Source of the DNA: Octopus sinensis
Taxonomy: Eukaryota
Direction: 5' to 3'
Length of the DNA stretch: 64,000 bases
Assembly: GCF_006345805.1 (NCBI RefSeq)
Contig: NW_021835973.1
Coordinates: forward strand, 28,559 to 92,558
In this document: piece by piece, positions 37,347 through 51,573 of the stretch
Numbering within the stretch: position 1 is the first letter of the stretch
Layout of the letters: every line of letters starts with the position of its first letter
Translations under genes and position numbers: made by a program
The notes under the pieces: generated by a model
The model's database searches: none
The model's input: the letters and a program-made list of their open reading frames with translations, nothing else
Told to the model about the DNA's origin: nothing

Positions 37347-38015
37347 GCCAAAATTTGAAGCCTATATTTTGAGAACATATTTGAGATACATAAAATGTAT
37401 ATCTTTATCAATTAATTAATCAACGCAATTGCTCTCCCTAATTTTTTATGGCTAAAATATAAAGCAAAGATATAAAAATTGATATGTAAACTAATATTAT
37501 ATAATTAAAATATAAACATTAACTCATAAAAAACAAAATATATAAATTAATAAAAACTAGGATATAAAAAACTGATATAAAAATTAATATTTATAAAAAA
37601 ATAAAATATATAAAAATTATGATATAAAAAGAATATATAGAACTAAAATAAATATATAAACATATATATATATATATTAAATTAAAATATAAAATATAAA
37701 ATTAAAATGTACAAAAATTAATTAAACTGAAACATAAAATGACAATATTAAAAATTATGTACATAAAAGTAATATGTATATATAGATAATATATATATAT
37801 ATAATACATACACATACATATATATATATATATTATATATATATATATATTATATATACATACATATGTACAACGCACACTTACATATAATATATATATA
37901 CACACACACATACATACATATATGTATATATATACATACTCATAATATACATACATATATATATATATATATATATTATATACATGTAGATACATGTGTG
38001 GTATGCATGTATGTG

Positions 38016-38060
<45 letters not shown>

Positions 38061-38259
38061 GATATATGTGTATGTATGTCTGTATGTATGTATGAATATA
38101 TATATGTATGTAGGTATGTATGTATGTATATAGTCATAAACATTAAAATGTAAAATATAAAGTGATTTTTTTTTCCACTCTTAAAAAACAAAATGTAAAC
38201 TATTCCAGGAATTCCTCGCAAGTTGTTATTCTAAACTCCATTAATGGGTGCAGCAGTAA

Positions 38260-39320
38260 TTTAGCAGAGGTGTGGGCGGAGGCGGTGGCGGCGGTAACGA
38301 TGGTGTTGTTGATGGTTGTGGCGGTGGTGGTGACGAGATGGTATTGGTGATGGTGATAGCGATGATGATAGTGATGACGATGGTGGTGTTATGATTGTGA
38401 TGGAGTTGGTGTCATGATGGTAATGCTGCTGGTTGTGGTGGTACTGGTTATGATGATGATGATGATGATGATGGTATTTTTGAGATGGTATTGGCGGTGG
38501 TTGCGGTGGTGCTAATAGTGGTATTGGTGATGGTAGTGGTTGTTATAGTTTCGGCGACGGTTGTGGTGTTGGTGGTAGTATTATTGCAATAGTGTCGTTT
38601 AGTAGTATAGGCGGTAGAACTGATGGTGTTGGTGATGATCATATCGGTGGTATTGGTGGTAGTATTAACAGTAGTCTTAGTCGAGCTGCTGGTGTCAGCG
38701 GCGGAGGTAGTAGTATTGATGGCGAGGGTGTTGGTGCTAGTGGTGGTTGTAGTGGTAGTGGCATTTGTGGTAGTGGTGTTGATGGTAGTGGTGTTGATGG
38801 TAGTGGTGTTGGTTGTTGTAGTGGTGGTGGTGGTGGTGGTGGTGGTGCTATTGGTGATAATGGTGTTGGTTGTAGTGGTGGTGGTGGCAGTAGTGGTGTT
38901 GATGGTAGTGTTGCTGATTGTAGCGGTGGTGGTGGTAGTGGTATTGGTCAGAGTGGTGGTGGTTGTGTCGGTGGTATGGATGTTGTGGTGGTGGAGGTGT
39001 TGGTGGTAGTGGTGTTTGTTGTAATGGTGGTGGTGGTGTCGGTCGTTGTGGTGGTGGGATTGGTTATAGTGGTGTTCGTGACAGTGATGGTCTTAGTGGT
39101 ATTGGTAGTAGTGGTGGTAATGCTATTTGTAGTGGTGGTGGTGGTACTGCCAGTGATAGTAACAGTGGTGGCTGGTGGTAGTTGCGATAGCAGAAACGGT
39201 AATAGTGTTGCTGATAATTATTACAGTATTGGTAATGGTGGCGGTGGTAGCTGCAGTGACGGCGACGGTGTTGGCGGCATTACGGGCGGTGTTGCTAGCG
39301 CTGAGGGTTGCGTGCGCGCT
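38260..39320. repeat. Cryptically simple (GGT/GAT/AGT) trinucleotide region
   Basis: Directly visible. It produces poly-G/V/T pseudo-ORFs. Confidence 0.9.
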
Positions 39321-39355
39321 AATGAGTGTATGTATGTATATGTGTATGTGTGTAT

Positions 39356-39396
<41 letters not shown>

Positions 39397-39958
39397 TTGT
39401 ATTCCCAGCAACTGTTTACTACACAACATCGACACTTCACTTTATAACACCACGTCGGCTCCCTTTGATGTCGGCAAACTTCAAAGCAGACTTAGACTAA
39501 AGTCATGCCGCCTCTCTTTCTATGTTGGGTCAGTTTACATTAGGGGGCAGGAAAGGGGTGGAGAAGGAGGAAGAGGCAAGGAGACAGAGAGAGAGAGAGA
39601 GTGAGAGAGAGAGAGAAAGACAGACAGAGTGAGTGTATGGGGAGAGGGGGGAGACCTGCAGGGTTACTTCAATATAACATTCAATTGACGAGTAACGGTA
39701 CCTTATAACTTTCAAGCAATGAGATGCAGAAATATATATATATATATATATAAGTATGCGTGTATGTGTATCCAGATGTATGTATGTATGTATATATATA
39801 TATATATATGTTACCTATGTGTGTGTGTATATATACATATATATATATGCACACATACATGCATACATACAACACCCTTCCTTTCGTCTTTCTCTATTCT
39901 AACTTTTCTTAGCTTCCTTAATCCTTCTTTAATATATTTCTGTCTGTCTAGAAGTCTA

Positions 39959-39991
<33 letters not shown>

Positions 39992-40554
39992 GTATGTATG
40001 TATGTATGTATGTATGTATGTTTGTCATTCTTTCTTTCTTTCTCTCTCTCTCTCTCTCACTCTCTATCAAAGCATCTAAATATTCTTCCTTGCAGATTGA
40101 AACAAACAGCGTACACATACACACACACACCACACACACACATTCATATTCCACCCTCTCTTTCTCTCTCGCTCTATGTTACGTAAGTGTGTTTGTGTAT
40201 GTGTGTATGTATGTATATACATATGAAAATATGTATGTATGTATATATATATATATGTATGTATATGTATATGCCTAGATACATATGTATACATACATAC
40301 ATACATACATACATACATACATACATACATCCATCCATACATACATACATACATACATACATACATACATGCATACATACATACATGCATGCATACATAT
40401 ATATATTTATTTATATAGTCAGGCACAGATAGATAGATAGATACACAGGTATGCACGTCTATGGGTACATAATAGAGAGAAAAAGTACTCAATACATTGT
40501 GTGAACATTGTATTTATAAACTGTTAACAATTCAGATAAAATTTGATACATTAC

Positions 40555-40590
<36 letters not shown>

Positions 40591-41369
40591 CACACACCAC
40601 AAAATACGTTTATAGTCTTCTAGCTGTCTTTTACGAATGGAGATATAACCGAAGTTGTTGGTAAAGTTGCTTCGAATTAGTCGTTCGTGGGTTATGTTTT
40701 TACTTGTCAGGCTAGTGACGTGGTTAAACACACTGCCAACATTAAACGAAACCTTTAACTTACAGAGATTATACAACCGATGTGCATATTCGTCAAGAAG
40801 GAAGGATAATCCGCGTGGCTCATAGTCGATAATTTTGTAAATTAGCAACGCTTAGACCAGAATGTTCGACCAGCTAAAAATTTTGCAGATAAAATGTCTG
40901 TTTGTGGCGGCAGTTAGATAGCATCTCGAACTTTCACTATCTGAAATTTTTCAGCTAAACAAAGTCTACAGCTACTTAAATCGTTGTGTGTTACAATATG
41001 GACAGCTGTTCAGTGTGCAATGGAAAAAATACCTTCGGACATGGAGTTTTGCTATGATAAGTGTTCCGACCTGATTATCAAACGATGAACAAAATCTACA
41101 AGTCTGTCTAGTAACATTTTTATGAATGGTTAGATTATTTCTCCTGAAGTTAAGATCCAAAATTTTGATCAACTGAAATTTTCCTCTGATTCGGACTAAA
41201 AAGAAACAGTAAGCGTAGCTGTCTAATTAAGAAGCTTGCTTCTTAACTGTGTGATCTTGGGTTCAGTCCCACAGCGTGGCAGCTTGGGCAAGTGTCTTCT
41301 ACTATGGCCTCCGGCTGACCAAAGCCTTGTGAGTGGATTTGTTAGACGGAAACTGAAAGAAGTCCGTCG

Positions 41370-41410
<41 letters not shown>

Positions 41411-41412
41411 GT

Positions 41413-41447
<35 letters not shown>

Positions 41448-41632
41448 AATGTATGTATGCATGTATGTATGTATGAATGTATGTATGCATGTATGTATGT
41501 ATGTATGTATGTGGGTATGTATGTATGTATGTTTTTGTGTATGTGTATGTGTGTGTGTGTCTGTCTGTGTCTGTGTTTATGTCTTCGTAACTTAGCGGTT
41601 CGGCAAAAGAAACCGATAGAATAAGTACTAAG

Positions 41633-42170
41633 CTAGTTGTATTACCCTTGCTCTTATCTTTCATGATAAGTATTGTCCTCCCTCTGGTCACCCAATCTCG
41701 TATTATTCCTCCATTAAGGCAATCCTGGAGTTGTTCCCTCAGCCTCCCATGTAAACTACTGAACTTCTTTAACCAGTATCCTTGAACTAAATCTGGTCCT
41801 GGGCCCCTCCAATTAGGCATTTTACTTAACACTTTACTCATTAATGCACTAGTTATTCTTAGATCTGGCTGCTTCTCACTCATTATTTCTTCCCTCACTT
41901 TCTTTAACCGTACTACATCTCCATTATGATTGACTGGTTTATCCCAAATATTACTCCAGAACTTTCTAGCTTACTCTGCATTAGGTTTCTCATCTTCAGT
42001 ACTTCTTTCTCCATTATATATTTGGTTATAAAATCTCCTCTGGTCCGTCTCATATAATCTATTCTGTTGATACTGATCTATTCTTTTCTGATATCTAGAG
42101 AGCTTGCCCGCTACTGCTATGATACGCTGTTCTAATACTTCTATTACTGTCCCAAATCCTTTCTCTGACT
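41633..42170 (-). mobile_element. R4/Dong-like LINE internal fragment (pre-RT and RT start)
   Basis: QQNRLYETDQRRFY...RKFWSNIW...KMPNWRGPGPDLVQGYWLKKFSSLHGRL...WVTRGRTILIMKDKSKG, with one in-frame stop. It abuts a truncated SINE B. Confidence 0.88.
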
Positions 42171-43036
42171 ATGTATCTATCTATTATTATTATTATTGTT
42201 GTTGTTGTTGTTCAACATTTGGTAATTTCAGGCAACTTTCTACTGCATCACCTGCTACACCACCGTGTCACTGGGGTGTATACAGCATTCTGTGCTACTT
42301 TTTGTTGTTGCGTGTGTGCAAACTCTTCCCGGTATTGTATTGCGTCAGTTTCTTCTTTTTTTTACGATTGTTATTATTATTTTTATAATTATAATTGTTG
42401 TTGTTGTTGCTGTTACTGTTGTTGTTGTTGTTGTTGTGTTGTTGTTGTTATCTGAATTCCATCAATGGTTCTTCACTTGTTAGAAGCCAGCTCTTTCTGT
42501 ATAAGATTTCATATCATTAATAACAAAAAGACAATATACATATTCAATACATACATACATGCATTCACTCATACACACCTACACACATACAACTATGCGC
42601 ACACACGGCTACACACACACAGAGGCACACACACACACACACCACACACACACACATACACACACACACATACTTAATCTCATATAACAAACCACATGAA
42701 ATCTCAGAAGACGCGCTGTAAACCATATCTTATCTATAAATCATCAAAACTTCATTCTTTTGCTTCATCAATAATCAATCTAAGAATTCCTTATTGGGAA
42801 ATAAATGCCAGTAAATTGGTAGCAAAATCGATCACTCATTGATCAGTGAATAGTCAGTAGTCCGCTCAGTTAACTGGAATTAAATAGTTAATAGTTAACC
42901 AATAAATAGTCAGTATTATCAATCGACTGAGAGATACTTTGTAATATTTAAAGAGATCGATACTGAGTGGTTCACTCCATGGTTTGTACTGGAATTGGCT
43001 GCAGTTCTTTACTAGATTGGAAGAAATGTTAAATTA

Positions 43037-43609
43037 TTAGGTTGTCAAGAAAGTTCTTGCGGAATTATTAATTTTGGTTTTAAATGATGTATTTTCAAAT
43101 TTTCGTTAAACTACTTTGACTTTGTATATAATTTTAAAGCTCGTTCTTCGCTCTATCTAATAGTGTTGTTCTTTTTCTTTTTGAATAATTAGGCCATTTT
43201 TTCCGGAACGTTGAATACAACACGGACAAAAAACAAATTCGCACAATTTTCTTATTCCATTTCAAGCTAGGCCGAAAAGCTGCTGAAACAGCTCGCGATA
43301 TCAACGATGCGTTTGACCCAGGAACCACTAATGAACGTGCAGCACAATGGTAGGTCAAGAAATTTCGTAGCGGTGACGAGAGTCTCGAAGAGGATAAGCG
43401 TAGTGGTCGGCCATCGGATGTTGACAACGATCAACTAAGAGCCTTAGTGGAAGTCAATCCACGCACAACTGTTCGAGAGCTTGCTTCTGAATTAGACGTA
43501 ACGTATACTACAATTTCCAACCACTTGAAAGAGATTGGAAAAACAAAAATACTTGGGAAATGGGTGACGAACGAATTGAACGACAACCAAAACAAAGAAC
43601 GCCGTTTTG
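43037..43609 (+). mobile_element. Mariner element 5' half (TIR + N-terminal HTH of transposase), pseudogenised
   Basis: TA|TTAGGTTGTCAAGAAAGTTCTTGCGG TIR. DKKQIRTIFLFHFKLGRKAAETARDINDAF...W*VKKFRSGDESLEEDKRSGRPSDVDNDQLRALVEVNPRTTVRELASEL...GKWV; TAG at 43351-43353; truncated by a (TATG)n tract. Confidence 0.92.
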
Positions 43610-44579
43610 TATGTGTGTGTATGTAGTATGTATTTATGTATGTTAATGTATGTATGTAGTGTAATGTATTTATGCACGTATGTGTATGTATGTATGTATG
43701 TATATATGTATGTATGTATGTATGCATCTATGCATTTGATGTATGATGTATGTATGTGTATGTATGTATGTATGCATTCATGCATATGTATGTATGTATG
43801 TATGTATGTATTATGTATGTATGTATTATGTATGCATGCATGTATGTATGTATGTGTGTGTAGGTATGTATGTATGTATGCATGTTGTATGCTTGTACGT
43901 ATGTATGTAGGTATGTATGCATGTATGTATGTAGGTATGTATGTGTGTATATATATGTATGTATGTGTGTGTATTGTAGTGTGTGTGTAATATTATGTAT
44001 ATATGTTGTATGTATGTATGTATGTAGGTATGTATGTATGTGTGTGTGTATGTATGTATGTATGTATGTTCTTTTAGTCTGTTATTCTTTTATTCGTTTC
44101 AGCCATGCACCAGCGGTCATGCTGGAGCACCGACTGTAAGAATTCTTTCAATATCTACCAAAGAATACTTGAAAGAATTAATGTACAACGATGAAGATGA
44201 TAATGACGACGACGACGATGACGACAACGACGACGATGATGACGAAGATGCTGTTTTGAAGACATGGATTGATGATGATGGAGAGAATGGCTACGACAAT
44301 CAGCTGACCAATGCAGTAAAGTGCAGCGTCCAACGAAGTGACGAAGTCACAAAACGGCTCTGGGTAGCACTGAGTGGGTGGCACCGGGTGGAACTTGGGG
44401 TAGTAGTGGCACTGGAAGGGTGGGGGTGGGGGGGTTCTGGGGGGAGGGTGGTACTCGGTGGCACTGAGTGGTCTTTTTGCCCCAGAGCGTCCAAACAACA
44501 GACCAGAAAAGAAATGAATCAAAGCAAAAAAAAAAATGACGTCATCCGAGGATTATTAGGTTAGGAGAGCGGAAACTGG

Positions 44580-46115
44580 ACCTATTACAAATAGATGATG
44601 TAGAAATGATGGTGGCGGTGGCGGTGGTGGTGGCGGCGGCGGTGGTGGTGGTGATGGCGGCGGCGGCGGCGGTGGTGGTGGTGGTGGCGGCGGTGGTGGT
44701 GATGGCGGTGGTGGTGGCGGCAGCGGTGGTGGTGGTGGTGGTGGTGGCGGCGGGGGTGTTGTTGGTTTATGGTGGTGGTGGTGGTGGCGTTTGTGGTTGT
44801 GTTGGCGGTGATATACAATGGTTGTGGCCAGGGTGGCGGTGGTGGAGGGGATAGATATATTGTGGTGCTCATTGAGGTGGTGGTGGAGTTGGACGTGGTG
44901 CTAGTGCTGGTTGTAGTAGTATAAATGATAGTGATAGAGGGGGGAGGGGGATGCTGATGGTGGTGGTGGTGGTGGTGGTGGCCGTGATTGATATGGAGAT
45001 GTTGCACTGGTGGGATCCGGGTGGACTTGATAGTTAGGGTATATTCTTTGTGATGGTGGTGGTGGTGGTGGTGGCGTTAGTGATGATGATCATGATAATA
45101 ATGACAATGATTACGATGATGACGATGACCATGACCATGACCATGATGATGATGATGATGATGATGATGAAGATGATGATGACGTTGATGATGATAATGA
45201 AGGTGAAGATGAAGGTGATGATGACGATGACGATGATTATGAAGATGATGATGATGATGATGACGTTGATGATGATAATGAAGGTGAAGATGAAGGTGAT
45301 GATGACGATGACGATGATTATGAAGATGATGATGATGATAATGATAATCATGATAACGATGACGATGATGTTGATAGCGATGATGACGACGGCGACGATG
45401 ATAATGATGGTGATGACGATGATAATGAAAATGATGATGATGATGATGACGATGATGATGATAATGAAGGTGAAGATGAAGGTGATGATGACGATGACGA
45501 TGACGATGATATGATGATGATGATGATGATGATAATGATGACGATGATGTTGATATATAACGACGACGATGACAACGATGATGACAACGAGGACAACGAC
45601 GACGATGGTGATGACGGTGATGGTGATGATGATGCTGCTACTGATGATGATTGTGGTGGTGGTGGTGGTGGTGGTGGTGTCGACATAAACTAAAAAATAA
45701 AAAGAAGAAAGAAGTGAAAGTGAAAATGAAAGACGTTTGATGCACGTTGTTGCTGTTGTTGTTAGTGGTGGTGGTCACAATGGTGGTGGAGTTGGTTGTG
45801 GTGGCGGCGGCGGCGGCGATGGAGTTGCTGTTGATACGGAGTTGATCTGTTGAAGACGGTGTTGAAGTTGGTGGTGGTGGTGGTCGTGGTATTGTTGGAC
45901 TGGATGATGTTGTCAGGGTGGCGATGACAGGTGTAGGTGGCGGTGGTAGTAACATTGGTTATGGTGGTGGTAGTGATGATGGCTGTGGCAGTGGTAGTGG
46001 TAGTGGTGATGGCGGTGGTGATGGTGGTGATGGCGGTGGTGATGGTGGCGGCGGCGGTGGTATTGGTTGTGGTGGTGGTTGTGGTGGTGGTGGTGGTTGT
46101 GGTGGCGAAGGTGGT
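44580..46115. repeat. Compound (GGT/GGC)n-(GAT)n low-complexity region with an 81-bp higher-order unit
   Basis: Directly visible. The unit starting GACGTTGATGATGATAATGAAGGTGAAGATGAAGG recurs at 45181 and 45262, and partly near 45455. Confidence 0.9.
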
Positions 46116-46885
46116 GTCGTTTTGTTTTTAATCAGTAATAAGAACAACAAAAGAATGATTAAATGGATGAATATATATGTCACACACACACACATACACA
46201 CACACACACACACACAAACACATACACTCACACATACAGACACACTATACAAACGAACAAAACACACATACACGCACTCACACGCACACACACACGCTCA
46301 CACACACATTTATATATATACATATATAAAATATATATATATATATATGCCACTGTGTGTATATATATTATAGATTATATATATATATATATATATATAT
46401 ATAATGTATAAATATATATATGAATATAATATATATGTATGATATATAGGTTTGTATATATATATATATATACACACACGCACACAGTGGCACAGGCAGG
46501 CAGACAGACAGACAGTGAGACTGATACAGACATAAAACAATATAAAAAGCGAGAATATTTGCCATATGGGGCTCAATGAACCGTGGCCACTGGTTATGTT
46601 TTGTGGCGAGCCACTTCACTGCAGACAGATAAGTAAATATGCACCTACCCCTCACTCACGGCCACCCTACTACCCCAGTGCATTCACCTCAATCATTACG
46701 GACCAGCCGCCCCTCTCCACTCCCCATCGCCACCGCATCCAACTGACGCTGCTTTTTACACGGTCGAGCGAACTGCTGGAAATAGCAGCCGAATATCTGT
46801 CAGTCTTTTAAATAGATTGACATATTTAATGTAGAGAGAAAGAGTAAAAATGAAAATAAAAGAAGACAAAAAGGAGAGAACAGAA

Positions 46886-46936
46886 CAGAGATACATGGAT
46901 GGATGGATGGATAGATAGATAGATAGATAGAAAGAC

Positions 46937-46983
<47 letters not shown>

Positions 46984-47048
46984 TAGATGAATAGACAGAC
47001 AGACAGACAGACAGACAGATAGATAGATAGATAGACAGACTGACAGAC

Positions 47049-47145
<97 letters not shown>

Positions 47146-47327
47146 AAGAGAGGGAGAAGATACTGACATAATGACGAATGCGTATACGTATATGTACACA
47201 CACACACACACTCTAACACACATATACAAACACATGTAAACATATACACACATATACATACATATATAATATATATATATATATATAATATATATATATA
47301 TATATACACAGATAGGTAGGTAGGTAA

Positions 47328-47370
<43 letters not shown>

Positions 47371-47400
47371 TGTAGATAGATAGAAGAACAGACAGACAGA
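46886..47400. repeat. (GATA)n/(GACA)n/(TA)n compound microsatellite
   Basis: Directly visible. Confidence 0.95.
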
Positions 47401-47625
47401 CAAATCAACAGACAGAGGTAGATTAAGTTTTTTTTTTTTAAAAAAGAAAGACATAAAAAGATTGAATAAGAAGAAAAAGCCATTATTAAAATGACGTGGA
47501 AAGGGGAAAAAGAAGAAAAAAATTTTATAGGTGTATTTAAATATGACAAGAGTTTTTTCGAACAATCACGGACTGTTTTAGAGTTCTTTTAGCTCGGATG
47601 GGCGACCGACGGATTTAGTAGCAGC

Positions 47626-47680
<55 letters not shown>

Positions 47681-48124
47681 GTAGTAGTAGTAGTATGAGG
47701 GTGATGGGTGTTTGTGTTTTTCTTTCTTTTTGTGGGTGACGTTAGCTTTTGATAAAGTGCTGAACGTGGAAGCGTCTTTTCATTTCATTGATTCATTATT
47801 TATTGTTGAGATAGTAATTGTTGTTGTCGTTGTCTCTTGTTGTTGCTGTTTTATTTTTATGGCCTCACACACACACAAACACACACACATAGTTAACTGG
47901 TGCTTTAGTTCTGTAGCTCAATAGTTCTTTAGTTCTTTAGTTCTTTAGTTCTTGCGGGTTTAGACTCCCAACAAAGTTAACAACAATAAAACTACGACAC
48001 AGAAGAATGAGAAGCGGTAAATAAAATTATTTTTCCATTTATAACTTTTGCATTCTATTATGCACCTATATATATATGTTTATTTTGTTTTATTACGTAG
48101 GCATGTGTGTTTGTATATACGCAT

Positions 48125-48173
<49 letters not shown>

Positions 48174-48249
48174 TATATTTGTATGCATTTACATGTCATT
48201 GAATCTGTTTTCTAGTCTGTGTCAATTCTATCCGTTGTATTGTACATTT

Positions 48250-48740
48250 ACCGCAAACACCACACAACCATTACCAGCGCTACCACAACCACGACCACCA
48301 ACACCACAAGTACCACCACCACCACCACCAGTACCACCAGCACCAACGGCACCAGCATTGCCACCTTCCACCAATCAAAATCCTCCACCACAACCACGAC
48401 CACAGCCACCGATACCACCTAAGGCAGCCACTACCCCAAAACCACCACTAAAACAATAACAACAACGAAAACAATAGCAACAACAACAATAATAGCAGTA
48501 CATCCGCGTTCACCATCATCATCACCACTATAACAACTATCGTCGTCAATTTCATCGTCATCATCATCATCATCATCATCATCCTCATCATAATCACCAT
48601 TATCATCATCATCATCATCAACGTCGTCATCATCATTATCCTCCTCCTCCTCCTCCTCCTCCTCATCATCATCATCATCGTCGTCGTTATCATCATCATC
48701 ATCATCATCATCGTCGTCGTTATCATCATCATCATCACCG
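48250..48740. repeat. (ACC)n/(CAT)n low-complexity region
   Basis: Directly visible. Confidence 0.9.
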
Positions 48741-49002
48741 CCGTTAATAGAGGTGCGAGTGCAGGTGTTGCTCAACTAGCCCCTTAATTTTAGCGCCCCA
48801 CCCGCACCTCCACCCGCGTCACCCCCCCCCAAAAAAGGACCACAGTTAACAAGTTGTGCAACTCCCTACAAAGGGAACAATACTGTTATTTGTTCTGTTA
48901 CGTAAACACAAATCTCCGTCTATTGTTCGTAGTGTAGATGTGTACGTGTATGTATGTGCGTGTGTGTGTGTGTGCATGTGTTTGTATGTGTGTGTGTATC
49001 GA

Positions 49003-49057
<55 letters not shown>

Positions 49058-49227
49058 TTGATCTCAATATTCTATGATAAATATAAAGAACATCCACCTT
49101 GTGCAGGATTCGAACTTGCAATAGTTAGCACTGAATTTCACACATTGCAAAACTCTGTGCCTTTTGTTTGTAGCGTGTATGTGTGTATATATGTGAGACT
49201 TGATTTCACAAATACTCATAAATATTC

Positions 49228-49612
49228 TTTTCTACTCTAGGCACAGGGCCCGAAATTTTGGGAGAGGGTGGGGCCAGTCGATTAGATTGTTCCCCAGAAC
49301 GCAACTGGTACTTAATTTATCGACCCCGAAAGGATGAAAGGCAAAGTCGACCTCGGTGAATTTGAACTCAGAACGAAACGGCAGACGAACTACCTATTTC
49401 TTTACTACCCACAAGGGGCTACACACAGAGAGGACAAACAAGGACAGACAAACAGATTAAGTCGATTACATCGACCCCTGATCGTAACTGGTACTTATTT
49501 TAATCGACCCCGAAAGGATGAAAGGCAAAGTCGACCTCGGTGGAATTTGAACTCAGAACATAAAGACAGACGAAATAACGCAAAGCATTTCGCCCGGTGT
49601 GCTAACGTTTCT
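49228..49612 (-). mobile_element. SINE family A, dimeric form
   Basis: Head + two units on the minus strand. Confidence 0.82.
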
Positions 49613-49644
49613 GATACTCATGCATATATATATAAACACACCAC

Positions 49645-49686
<42 letters not shown>

Positions 49687-49693
49687 TACACAC

Positions 49694-49738
<45 letters not shown>

Positions 49739-49959
49739 TCAACATTGGCAGACGTACATCTATTTGTACGCTCCAGTATAGATGCAGATGTGTGGTAAGA
49801 AATTTGCTTAACCACATGGTTCAGGGTTCAGTTCCATTGCGTGACATCTTAAGCAAGTGTCTTCTATTATACTTCCGAACTGACCAAAGCCTTGTGAGTG
49901 AATTTGGCTGATAAAAACAGACAGAAGTCCGTCGTATATATATACATACATATATATAT

Positions 49960-50440
49960 ATCATCATCATCATCATCATCATCATCATTTAGCGTCCGCT
50001 TTCCATGCTAGCATGGGTTGGACGGTTCAACTGGGGTCTGTCATGCCAGAAGGCTGCATCAGGCCCAGTCTGATCTGGCAGTGTTTCTACGGCTGGATGC
50101 CCTTCCTAACGCCAACCACTCCGTGAGTGTAGTGGGTGCTTTTTACGTGCCACCCGCACAGGTGCCAGACGGAGCAGGCAAACGGCCACGAACAGATGGT
50201 GCTTTCACGTGCCACCGGCACGGAGGCCAGGCGAGGCTGGCAACGGCCACGAACGGATGGTGCTACGTACCACCGGCACGGGGACCAGGCGAGGCTGGCA
50301 ACGGACACGAACGGATGGTGCTTTTACGTGCCACCGGCACGAGGCCAGTCGGGGCGGCGCTGGCAGCGGCCACGATCGGATGGTTCGCTTACTTGTCACC
50401 GGCACTGGTACCACAGCCGCAATTTCCATTGATGTTGATC
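49960..50440 (-). mobile_element. RTE-clade LINE 3' end with expanded about 60-bp tandem array
   Basis: (CAT)n, then TTAGCGTCCGCTTTCCATGCTAGCATGGGTTGG..., then 4-5 GTGCCACCGGCAC-containing units. Confidence 0.75.
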
Positions 50441-50972
50441 GACTTCGAATTTGGTTCTGCTTTCTGATATCTGATTTGATTTGGTTTGATTTTGATTTTG
50501 ATTTGATTTTTTTTTTTGTGGATAAGTATGTTTGCATCATGATAGTATATGTGTATGTATGTTTATGGATGCCTTCAAAGTTATATGTATCTGTGTATAT
50601 ATGTGTTTGAGGCACATTTGTATATATTAAGTGTATATATTTGCTTCCTTGAATTAATAATAAGCATGTGTGTCCTCCTATACTTTTGTGGATATCTACG
50701 AATTACTGTATACGCATATCTTATTCTGTTCTTAATTCTTTGTAATCTTCCTCTGCTGAAGGAGCTGGATTCTAACAAAGATACAAAGATCCATCGTTGG
50801 AAATGTAGACGAAAAAAAAATTCTTTAATAAAATATACAGATTCACATTTTGAACTTCGGAAGAGTTTCGCACATTTTTATTCTTCTGCTTACAGATTTT
50901 ATTATGTTCAAGTTAGCTGGTTGGTTTCTTTTTCCGAAAAACCGTTGGTTATTTGCATTGTTACTATGTATG

Positions 50973-51003
<31 letters not shown>

Positions 51004-51538
51004 TGTATGTATGTATGTATGTATGTATGTACGTACGTACGCATGTATGTATGTGTGTATGTATCTATGTCTGTATGTATGCATGTATGTATGTATGTAT
51101 GTATGTATATATGCATGTATGTATGTATGTATGTATGTATGTATGTATGTATGTGTGTATGTGTGTATGTATGTATATATGCATGTATGTATGTATGTAT
51201 GTGTGTATGTATGTATGTAAGTATGTGTGCATGTGTGTATGTTTGTATATATGCATGTTTGTATGTATGCATGTATGTATGTGTGTGTGTATGTATGCAT
51301 GAATGTATGTGTGCTTATATGTATACATATATGTATACATACATGCACTAATGTATGTATATATGCCTGCATGATTGAATATATGCGTATATATATATGT
51401 ATGTCTGTATACATGCATGTATGTATTCATGCATGTATGTATACAGACATGTATATATGTAAGCATGTATGTACGTCATCGTATAAATGGATATGAGTGT
51501 ATATGCCTATATGTGTATATATATGTATGTATGCTTAA

Positions 51539-51573
<35 letters not shown>

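Noticed and set aside
38592-39500. 302-aa Gly/Val-rich ORF; similar poly-V/G/M/H/P ORFs at 44.6-46.4, 48.2-48.8 and 55.2-56.1 kb
   Set aside because: Degenerate trinucleotide repeats open in multiple frames and running into (GT)n tracts; no domain or splice support.
40580-41200. Unique 600-bp island with Cys-pair fragments (CSVC, DKC) and CCTTTAACTTACAG
   Set aside because: All frames are interrupted by stops; neither an exon nor a transposon family could be assigned.
44034-44564. 176-aa ORF with an acidic stretch (EYLKELMYNDEDD...VLKTWIDDD)
   Set aside because: It begins in a microsatellite and a SINE B remnant, and the acidic part is a GAC/GAT repeat; no homology recognised.
50896-50965. 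Minus-strand NNQRFFGKR, resembling an amidated neuropeptide site, with a GTAAGC donor
   Set aside because: Only a microsatellite lies upstream (no pyrimidine tract or signal peptide), it is a single motif, and it does not match a neuropeptide I can name.
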